From assembly GCF_009914755.1 (NCBI RefSeq), contig NC_060926.1: a DNA stretch of 64,000 nt; one strand, given 5' to 3'. This document shows positions 53,202-64,000 of this stretch, one piece after another. Every line of letters starts with the position of its first letter. The stretch's first letter is position 1. This stretch comes from the human T2T-CHM13v2.0 reference genome, Homo sapiens. Below the pieces are notes generated by a model that saw only the letters and a list, made by a program, of their open reading frames with translations, made no database searches and was not told the DNA's origin. The position numbers and the translations under genes are program-made.

Positions 53202-54399
53202 CTGAGAAGGAATGGGGTAGTGAGTTCTCTGTCTGCAGAAGAAGTCAAAGTAGCATCTGAAAATCAGCAGCCAGGAATGATGAAACCAGGGTTGGCTCTA
53301 CAGAAGTTTTTCTAGTATTGCATAAGTTAAATAAAATTAAATTTTATAAACTAAAAAAAGTTATACAATATTGTTTAAAAAATAAAATTGACAACAGTAA
53401 TAATGCAGTGTGTTCTTCACACAGCTCCATTGACCCATCTCAAACTACCATTTAGTGTGGCCTCCCCTCTGTCATCACATCTTTTTGGTCCTGCTGTCCG
53501 CATTCCTCTATGAAAGAATGGAGGGTGACAGGGGACAATGAACCTGTTTGGCAGTTCATTTGTATTTAAGGGCTGTGTCTTGGCAGACTAAAATCCTGGA
53601 AAGGCCATGTCAGTTCCTACACTGTTTTCACTTGAACTTGCCAATGAAATTCACATTCTGGGACCCCTGAGGTAGAAGCCTCTTTGTTTCTCCCAACTAT
53701 CCAGTCTGCTGATGGTGCCTCAGTATGAGACAGGGAGACAAATATGCCCTGCCCAGCTCCATGAAAGTCCTCCCTAAGCAAGTCAGTCGCTCCTTCTGCT
53801 GGCTGTTTTAAAAAGTGATTTTGGGGGAGGAAAACAAAGTTATTACCATACACAAAAGTCAAATCAGTCTCTATTTAAAAATGCCTAGTGGCTTCCTACA
53901 ACCTACAGGAAATGCTTGGTCTTCTGGTAAGACACAGAACATCCCTCCTAGTCTGCACCTGCTTACCTTTTCCTCTGGTGAGAGTGAGGTTCTCAGCCAG
54001 CAAAACTCTCCTCTCCCTTCAGACTCCTAGGAAGCCCCCAAACAGAATTGACTGTTTTCTCCTCTGTGCTCTCAAAACCCTTTCTACGTGACTCTACTGA
54101 AAAACTCCTCATTGCAAATCAGAACTACTTGTTATAAGTGTAATATCTATTGTCTCCTCCATTAGGTAATTTCTTGAGTGGGAAATCTTTTTTAGTAATG
54201 CATGTCTGGCACATAATAGATATGCAATGAAAGAATGTTATTTGGGTGTATAAATGAATAAATGAATTAGAACGATTTCATTTATCAGCATAGTTTATTA
54301 TACTCTTGCCCTGTTCATGCCATCTTCCAATTTTAAAGGACTAAATGGACAATTCAGATCCAATATAAAAGGACCATCACTCACAATAAATATTTATGA

Positions 54400-54783
<384 letters not shown>

Positions 54784-55176
54784 TAAAATTTTGATCATTT
54801 TAGAATTGAACTCCTCTCCACAGTGAAAAGTACACAGTGGTATCCACATAATAAATTCCCTGTGTTACCTGAACTGTACATTATTCTGCCTGTGTCCCCC
54901 GCCCCACCTGTTTTGTACATGTAGGTAAAAGTCATCTAAGCTAATATAGCCTCCATCTCCTCATCTGGAAAACACAGATCATGCAAGGTTTGTTTTCCTT
55001 CCATAGTTGTTACAAATACAGACAAGTGCTTAAAAAAAACTGTATCACACTGTTACTATAAGATAAATATCTAATTCTTATCAGACACTGGTTATAACTA
55101 AAGCCGGATCATTGCAAATTATGATAACAGAACACAGGACAGCACTGAAAAGGACACAAGTAAAAAATTCACTTGG

Positions 55177-55431
<255 letters not shown>

Positions 55432-56560
55432 AAAAATTCACTTGGGAGTTGATAATCTCAACACCATCCATCCTTCAAAGCCCTTGTTCACCTCCAAAAG
55501 TGTGCTCTGAGAGCTTCAGGCCACTGCCAGCTCCTGTGAATTCTGCCTGGACACCTTCCTATGTGTTACTTACCCAACTCCTGTTACTCACAAACTTGTA
55601 CTTTCACTCTCTCTGCCAGATGAATTTTGTCCCTCAAGCTCAAAAAAAGCCAATTAGGGTCTCAGTTTTCTTTTTCTGGTACTTAAACTATAATTTACAC
55701 CATGGTCAGCACATGCTCCAGATTCATTGAATTAAATACCTACCTATGAATATAGAGTCTGATATTATCTTATTTTTAAAGTCTTCTTTATTGTAGAAAA
55801 ATCACCAGCAAGAATAGATTTTTAAAGGTAATGGGGTGATTAAGACTCCAACCTTAACCACAGTCCCCGTTAAAAATTACTGTCTCTCATATTTTTCAGC
55901 TAGATAATGGTACTGTCTAAAATGGATTTTATTAAAATCTTTAAACATGAATAAAATCCACAAAGACAACAAATAACTGCTCTTTTCTTTTCATCTGACA
56001 AGGTGATACAGCATTTCTTTAAAGAACTAAATTGCAGGCAATTCACACACACAAAGAAGACAAATCAAGGGAAGAATTAAGGACCTGTTTCCTATAGAGT
56101 TCTCCCATTGAAAATACGGCTGCTTGTTTTAAATAATTGCACCCTTAGCCCATCAATTTCAGACGCTTCCCACTATTTAGTATTCTCCACTCCTGCTATC
56201 AGGGAAGCCACATTAGTTCAAATCAAAAGCAATTTGCCAACACATTATACACTGCTCATATAATAATGCTTTATATTTTAATAGCAATTTCCTATTTTCA
56301 GGGTACTTCCACACACATCCACTCACTGAATCATCATCACAACTCTTGACAGTAGGCAGGGAAGGGGGCATGAGTATCCCCACTTAACAGATCAGAAAAC
56401 TGGGGGACAGAGTGCAGAAATCCCTGCCTGCACACAGTGGCCAGTGCTGCTTCAGGATCCGCAGGCATCCTAGGACATAATGGACCTCGAAAGTCATACC
56501 CTACTAGGAAAACCTTAGTCTTTCTCTTGGAAATAAAGGGGACTGTATCAAAAAAGATGT

Positions 56561-57044
56561 CAATATGGTTTGGTTCTTTGTCCCCACCAAAATCTCATGC
56601 CAAAGGGTATTAGGTTGGTGCAAAAGTCATTGCGGTTTTTGCCATTAATAATAATATCAAAAACCACAATGACTTTTGCACCAACCTAATAATTCCCATT
56701 GTTGGAGATGAGGCCCTGTGGGAGTTGATTGGATCATGGGGGCAGACACCCCCCTTGCTGTTCTCGTGATGGTGAGTTGTCATGAGATCTGGGTGTTTAA
56801 AATGTGTAGCACTTCCCCCTGCTCTCTCGCCTCTGCCCCTGCCCCTGCCCCTGCCTCTCTCTCTCTCTCTCCTGTTGCCATTGTTTCCTCTTCAATTTCC
56901 ACCATGATTGCAAGTTTCCTGAGGCCTCCCCAGCCATGCCTCCCATATAGCCATGCAGAATTGTCAGTCAACTAAACCTCTTTTCTTTATAGATTACCCA
57001 GTATCAGGTACGTCTTTATAGCAGTGTGAGAAAGAACTAATACA
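56561..57044 (+). mobile_element. MSTA-like MaLR LTR
   Basis: ATATGGTTTGG...CCCCACCAAAATCTCATG start and GAACTAATACA end. TSD GATGT/GATAT. Confidence 0.88.
56610..56689. mobile_element. Complete 80-bp MADE1 with TA TSD, nested in the MSTA LTR
   Basis: TA|TTAGGTTGGTGCAAAAG...CTTTTGCACCAACCTAA|TA. Confidence 0.95.
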
Positions 57045-58804
57045 GATATCACATATGATAACATCGGGCATGTTAACAATAGGGCAAAAACATTTTCCAG
57101 GCAAAGCCTTCCCATAAAGGAACAAGATTTCGTATCCTTCTCAGTTCATCCTAAGATTCCATGTAACTTGCCAACCTTGAAATTATTATTGTTATCCCCA
57201 TTGCCATCCCTATTGTCATCCCAGGATTAAAACTACTCAAGGGCCATCACAGCCTAGACTGCAGCCACAGCCTTCTAGCTGATTCTTTTTCCTTTCTTGC
57301 CCCTCCCCCACCACACACTTTATTCTCCACATACAGTCAGGGTGGTCTCTTGATGGAATATTTCAGACATACAGAAAAGTGTACAGAAAAAGATATACTT
57401 TCAAGAAAGGAGTAGTAGTTCTGTGTCCAGATAGGACAAATCAGCTTTTCAGTGACCAGCTTACCCACCAGGAACAAGTGGAAAAACTAGAGGAGTCAAA
57501 ATTAAAGCCTGGTAATACTAATGTCAACAGGGCTGTTAGTCACAGGGAATTGGCAAATACTGCTGTGGGGAGGGGAGGAGACTCAACATTCTTTCAACCT
57601 CTTTAGAATACTTTTTGCAACATCTACCAAACCTGAACAGCCACAAACCCCATGCCCCTGCAGTTCTGCTCCTGGGAACCTATGTAACAGAACTGCATCC
57701 ATATGTGCACCAAAAATGCATAAAATTTAGTTCACAACAACACAGGCAAATCTTCAAAACACATGTGGTATGAAAGAAGTCAGGTGCAAATAAAACTCCA
57801 TACCTAACAAATAGTTGCATCTGTAGGCAGTTTAAGAACAGGCAGAACTAATATATGGCTATGGCAGTTGGGACAGTTGCTACCCCTGGGGAGGAAATGG
57901 GCAGTGACTGGGTGGGGGCAGAACAGGGGTGTAGGGGCTGTGGCAGGCTCTCATTCTTGATCTGGGTACAGGTGACTTGACTGTGTTCACTTCTTGAAAT
58001 TCCTTGAGATTTACATTTATGATTAATGTTCTTTACCAACTATGCCATACTTAAATGCAATTGCTTATGTTTACAAAAATAAGTAAATCTTTGGAGAAAA
58101 TGAACATTCAAGAAATGTTAAGAAATAATCCAATCACAATCAAAGTCCTTCTGATCTCCTTATCAACCACATTTATCTCTACTTCCCAGAGAACAACTTT
58201 CTTAAATCTGCTGTTCAACATCCTTTCATCTCTCTACTCTTTGCAGTATGGATAACTGCATGTATTCTACTGAATAAACATCTTTTGGCAACTTGACATT
58301 TTCATTCAACATTACGGTTTTGTAATGTGTGTGCCCTCATGCATTGCACAACATATTTACACTGCTGCTGTATGGTTTTCCACCTTATACATATGCTGGT
58401 ATTTATTTATGCTTTCTCCTGTTGATGGGCTTTAGGTTTTTCAAATTTTGCAACAGTATGAAGGAAGCTGAAAGAAACTTTTGTGAGTGTTTCTTCAGTA
58501 GGCAGGAGCAATCTTCCACTTTGCTACATCTTTTCAAACTGCTCTCTAAGTGATTATGCTACTATCATATGATATGTTCTGACTAGCATCATATGAGAGT
58601 TTCTATTGATCCATATCATATGAAGAAACCTTTAGTTATAGTAGTTTCACCAACTGGAGGGGAGTAAAATGAAATCCAGATGGGAGTAAAATGGAATCTC
58701 ATGGTGACTATAATCTTCTCATCCATTTGTCATCGTGATGTAAGTTCAGTATGACCTGCTTGTCATATCCTTTCCTCTTTCTTATAGTATTTTTAAAGCT
58801 ATTT

Positions 58805-59129
58805 TTTTCTTCTTTTTTGTTTTTTGTTTTATTGTTTTTGGGATTTTTTTTTTTTTTTTGAGACAAGGCCCCTCTTGCTGTGTCATCCTCTTGCTTTGTC
58901 ATTGCAGCCTCGACCTCCTGGGCTTAAGGGATTCTCCTTCCTGAGTCTCCTAAGTAGCTGGGACTACAAGTGGGTGCCACCATACCCAGCTATTTTTTTA
59001 AATATTTTTTGTAGAGACAAGGTCTCACTATGTTATCAAGGCTGGTCTTGAACTCTTGGGCTCAAGCACTCTTCCCACCTCAGCCTTCCAAAGTGCTTGG
59101 ATTACAGGTGTGAGCCACTGCACCTGACC
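58805..59129 (-). mobile_element. AluJ
   Basis: Diverged reverse Alu with a long T-rich tail. Confidence 0.9.
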
Positions 59130-59143
59130 TAAAGCTATTTCTT

Positions 59144-59413
59144 TTCTTTTCTTTTTTTTTTTTTTTTGAGACGGAGTCTCGCTGTCGCCCAGGCTGGAGT
59201 GCAGTGGCATGATCTCGGCTCACTGCAGGCTCCACCCCCTGGGGTTCATGCCATTCTCCTGCCTCAGCCTCCCGAGTAGCTGGGACTACAAGTGCCCACC
59301 ACCTCGCCCGGCTAATTTTTTGTATTTTTAGTAGAGACGGGGTTTCACCGTGTTAGCCAGGATGGTCTCGATCTCCTGACCTCATGATCCGCCCACCTCA
59401 GCCTCCCAAAGTG
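59144..59413 (-). mobile_element. 5'-truncated AluY
   Basis: Reverse AluY with TSD AAGCTATTTCTT. Confidence 0.95.
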
Positions 59414-59972
59414 AAGCTATTTCTTACAGGTGAATTTTTAAAGTATAAATCAGTTTATGTCTCTCCTTTATCAGAAACATTCCAATGGCTCCCCAGTGCA
59501 CTCAGAATAAAATCCATTCTATGAATGGCCTACAAGCCCTACAGACCTGCCCCAACCTTCCTCTTCCCATTCATCCACAAAGCACCTCCACATCTACTAT
59601 GTTCTCAGAACATATAACATTTTCTAGTTGTCAGATATGTTAGCTTATTTCAGTCTTAGCTTCATTCTTGCAGATTTCTTTCTCCACAGTGCTTTCTGTT
59701 AACCCGGGAATTTTCACATTTGCCTTTTTTTTTTTTAAATCAGGGCTCTGACTAATGGTGCTTTCTCAGACAGGCCTTCCTAAACCATATCTAGTGGAGG
59801 GTTAGCCGTTTTTTAGCACATTACTTTGATTTTTCCTCTTCCCTGCATTTATCATGCTTTGATATTATCTTACCTCATCTTATGTATTATTTTATGTATT
59901 TGTTCACCTGATACTTTTCTTCTCCTATAATGTTAAGTTTGCTCCATGAAAATAGGGACTTATCTATCTCAT

Positions 59973-62222
59973 TGATATGGTTTGGCTGTGATCCCACTCA
60001 AATCTCATCTTGAATTCCCACATGTTGTTGGAGGGACCCAGTGGGAGGTAATTGAATCACAGGGGCAGGTCTTTCCCATGCTGTTCTCATGATAGTGACT
60101 AAGTCTCACAAGATCTGATGGTTTTAAAAAGGGGAGTTTCCCTACACAAGCTCTCTACTCTTGTCTGCTGCCATGTGAGATGTGCCGTAACTTCCACCAT
60201 GACTGTGAGACCTCCTCAGCGACATGGAACTGTAAATCCATTAAACCTCTTTCTTTTGTAAATTGCCCAGTCTCGTGTACGTCTTTATCAGCAGTGTGAA
60301 AATGAACCAGTACAGTAAATTGGTACCAGAAGTGGGGTGCTGCTGAAAAGATACCCAAAAATGTGGAAGCAACTTTGGAACTGGGTAATAGACAGAGGTT
60401 GAAGCAGTCTGGAGGGCTTAGAAGAAGACAGGAAAATGTGGGAAAGGTTGAACTCCCTAGAGATTTGTTCAATGGCTTTGACCAAAATGCTGATAATGAT
60501 ATGGACAATGAAATCCAGGCTGAGGTGGTCTCAGATGGAAATGAGGAACTTGGTGAGAACTGGAGCAAAGGTAACTCTTGTTATGCTTTAGCAAAGAGAC
60601 TGGCGGCATTTAGCCCTTGCCCTAGAGATTTGTGGAACTTTGAACTTGAGAGAATAATTTAGGGTAACTGGTGGAAGAAATTTCTAAGCAGCAAAGCATT
60701 CAAGAGGTGACTTGGATGCTGTTAAAGGTATTCGGTTTTAAAATGGAAACAGAGCATAAAAGTTTGGAAGATTTGCAGCCTGACAATGTGACAGAAAAGA
60801 AAATCCCATTTTCTGAGGAGAAATTCAAGCTGGCTGCAGAAGTTTGCATAAGCAATGAGAAGCCAAATGTTAATCACCAAGACAATGGGGAAAATGTCTC
60901 GAGGGCATGTCAGAGACCTCTGCTGCTGCCCCTCCCATCACAGACCCAGAGGTTTAGAAGGAAAAAAATGGTTTTGTGGACCCAGGGTCCCTCTGCTCTG
61001 TGCAGCCTAGAGACTTGGTGCCCTGTGTCCCAGCCACTCTAGCCTTGAGTAAGAGGCCAAGGTACAGCTCAGGCTCTTGATTCAGAGGGGGAAAGCCCCA
61101 AGCCTCGGCAGCTTCCATGTGGTGTTGAGCCTACAGGTACACAGAAGTCAAGAATGGAGGTTTGGGAACCTCCGCCTAGATTTCAGAGGATGTATGGAAA
61201 TGCCTGGATGTCCAGGCAGAAGTTTGCTACAGGAGTGGGGCTCTCATGGAGAACCTCTGCTAGGGCAGTGTGGAAGGGAAATGTGGGGTTGGAGCCCCAA
61301 CACAGAGTCCCTACTGGGGCACTACCTAGCGGAGCTGTTTGAAGAGAGCCACTGTCCACTAGACCCCAGAATGGTAGATCCACTGACAGCTTGCACCATG
61401 CACCTGGAAAAGCTGCAGACAACACCAGCCTGTGAAAGCAGCAAGGAGGGGGGCTATACCCTGCAAAGCCACAGGGATGGAGCTGTCCAAGACCATGAGG
61501 ACCCACCTCTTGCATCAGCATGATCTGGACATGAGAAATAGAGTCAAAGGAGATAATTTTGGAGCTTTAAGATTTGACTGCCCAGCTGAATTTCAGACTT
61601 GCATGGAGCCTGTAGCCCCTTTGTTTTGGTCAATTTCTCTCATTTGTAATGGCTGTATTTACCCAATGCCTGTAGCCTCACTGTATCTAGGAAATAACTA
61701 ACTTGCTTTTGATTTTACAGGCTCATAGGTGGAAGAGACTTACCTTGTCTCAGATGAGACTTTGGCTGTGGACTTTTGAGTTAATGCTGAAATGAGTTAA
61801 GAGTTGTGGGACTGTTGGTAAGGCATGATTGGTTTTGAAATGTGAGGACATGAGATTTGGGAGAGGCCAGGAGTGGAGTTATATGGTTTGGCTGTGTCCC
61901 CACCCAAATCTCATCTTGAATTCCCATGTGTTGTGGGAAGGACCCAGTGGGAGGTAATTGCATCATGGGGACAGGTCTTTACCATGCTGTTCTCATGATT
62001 GTGAATAAGTCTCACAAGGTCTGATGATTTTAAAAAGGGGAGTTTCCCTGCACATGCTCTCTACTCTTGTCTGCCGCCATGTGAGACATGCTTTGTACCT
62101 TCCACCATGATTGTGAGGCCTCCCCAGCCCCATGGAACTGTAAGTCCATTAAACTGCTCTCTTTTGTAAATTGCCGAATCTCGGGTATGTCTTTATCAGC
62201 AGCATGAAAATGGACTAATACA
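59973..62222 (+). mobile_element. Full-length THE1B-like MaLR (LTR 59973-60314, internal, LTR 61879-62222) nested in an L2
   Basis: Two similar LTRs flank the THE1 internal sequence (GTAAATTGGTACCAG...). L2 3'-end sequence continues on both sides. Confidence 0.95.
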
Positions 62223-62603
62223 CTGGTTTATCATTGAATCCTCTAAATTGAGACTAGTCTTTGGCACACAGGAGGTGTCCAGTAAGTATTTGTTGAATAA
62301 GCCAATGAACAAATAAATGACTGAAAGTATAGACTCATTAATGTCCCCGGTATGCTATTTCCAGCTTACCTTGGCAAGTTATTTTACCTTTCTGAGATCT
62401 ATAGTTCTCATCAGTAAACTGGGAATAACATGTAACATTCACCTACCCAAGTTATAGTTCCAGATACTAGTATTATATATGTAATTCTCTAGCAAATGCC
62501 ATGCCTGGTATAGGTAATTAACAATTCATAAGGAGAATTCCTATTATTATCATAATAACAGTTTGACTTAAACACAATTTTTTTCCTGGCATATACATGT
62601 ACG

Positions 62604-62606
<3 letters not shown>

Positions 62607-62636
<30 letters not shown>
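62607..62636 (+). repeat. (CA)n microsatellite ~50 bp inside the intron after CMPK2 exon 3
   Basis: Direct reading. It reads (UG)n on the CMPK2 transcript. Confidence 0.95.
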
Positions 62637-62638
<2 letters not shown>

Positions 62639-62684
62639 ATATATTAGGGAGAAAATGCCTAATTCAAGGCATCTTTATACCTAC

Positions 62685-62886
62685 CTGTCTACAATCACAG
62701 GAGATTTGGCAGATTCTTTAGCTATTTCGGAGGCCACAATATAATTGCCCAAAGAGTAAAAAGCTCTTCTAATGATAGTTGGTTCATCATCAAAGATCTT
62801 CCTCCACTGGCCAATGCAAGAGGGTGGTGACTTTAAGAGGACAGCCTTAAGTGAATCTGCCACTGACTGGGTCACCGTGGTTTTAC
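62685..62886 (-). CDS. CMPK2: CMPK2 internal coding exon (exon 3, 202 bp): end of P-loop and thymidylate-kinase-like domain
   Basis: Translates (G)KTTVTQSVADSLKAVLLKSPPSCIGQWRKIFDDEPTIIRRAFYSLGNYIVASEIAKESAKSPVIVDR. Acceptor CCTGCAG|GT and donor AG|GTAGGT on the minus strand. Matches the human CMPK2 protein as I recall it. Confidence 0.97.
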
Positions 62887-64000
62887 CTGCAGGTCATACA
62901 CAAAATATATACATCTTAACCACAGCCCCAAAGTTAACATTGACGTAGAAAGAGCACAGACGTTCTCTCAAACTGCAAATGAAATGAGTAGACTAAATAA
63001 CAGGATTCTTTATAAAAAGCTGTAGACCCATAGGAAGTTAGGATTTCTCCGTGTGGTATTAGGAAACCCGGAGGAAAAATTCTGGTTAGTGATCAAATCT
63101 GATATTGGGAGTCTAGACACAAGAGCCCCTTTTACGTGTGACTTTTATTCCCGGCAGCCCAGCTACTGCTCACCCTCTTACCATGTCCCCAACCCAGAAG
63201 ACTTTCTCTCCTCTTATTGTCTATAGTTGATGAACCCACACCTGGCATCCACAGCAACTCTTCTCGCCCCTCCTCTCTTTCTACCTTCTTCATACCCTGC
63301 TTCCACTTCTGTGCAATCCCTTTCCAATTTCCAGCCCTGGTTCTACCACTCACTCCTGTGCTTGCCCCTTTGGGCTTGGCCTTGGCCTTTAGAGCTTTTG
63401 TATCTGCTTTAGGCTTCAGCTTTCTCCTCAAAGGCACTGCTTAGGCCTCATTGACTTTCTGACTCCCCCTTGCACAGCCTCGGGTGACAGATTAGTCCCT
63501 TCCCAGAGCCCATCTCACAATTCTCAGCTGCTGCCTGGAGCTCAGGACAGGTGGTGATGAGAAGATCTACTCCAGCACACTGTGCACTAGTTTCTCTGAG
63601 CTCCTACTGTTTCGATTTATTTTTAAGTTTCTCTATCACACACTTAACACTTTATTGCCAACTATCTATTTTCTTTTTTTCTTAGGTTGTCAGGACGGAC
63701 CCTAACAGTAGCTACCATTTCTCAGTGTCTGCTAGGAGCCAAGTACTCAGCACGTTATACTCCTAATTCTCCCAGTGACTCTGCAAAACAGTTATTATTT
63801 AATCATCTGACAGAAGAAGAAATTGAGCACTGGAGAAGTTAATAAATTTACCCAAACTCACCCTCCTGATAGGCCTTGGTGCAGGATGCAAATGCAGGGC
63901 AGACGGAACCACTAGCCTGTGTTCTTTCTGCCACTCTATGCTAACTCCTTGTAACATTTGTATGTGTGGATGCTTGTGTTGAGGCTGAATTTTTATGTCT

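Noticed and set aside
60155-61966. Cluster of 60-150 aa ORFs
   Set aside because: THE1 internal and LTR sequence with stops and frameshifts.

Overview
Repeat-rich primate DNA with Alu, L1, L2/MIR, MaLR and ERV elements. From the encoded protein I recognise it as the human CMPK2 locus (chr2p25; recall, not a database search). The right third holds the last three coding exons and 3'UTR of the interferon-inducible kinase CMPK2 on the minus strand. About 650 bp downstream of its poly(A) signal, in the same orientation, lies a decayed ~9.3 kb class I endogenous retrovirus. It has an LTR27/MER61-like 5' LTR, a tRNA-Gly PBS and gag-pro-pol-env, and the 3' LTR is missing. The main signal is that the proviral env splice acceptor (42196) can be joined to CMPK2's phase-2 donors, giving a 35-aa retrovirus-derived C-terminus. 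A strong donor at 41809 could then link this exon to the lncRNA NRIR region. The ERV therefore looks like a splicing and regulatory junction between an antiviral gene and its lncRNA. The left ~30 kb is intergenic. It contains a local inverted duplication, twin-primed L1 insertions (one a possible 3' transduction), a MADE1 hairpin and long polypurine tracts. Repeat subfamily names are from memory of consensus sequences, and boundaries of old repeats are approximate.
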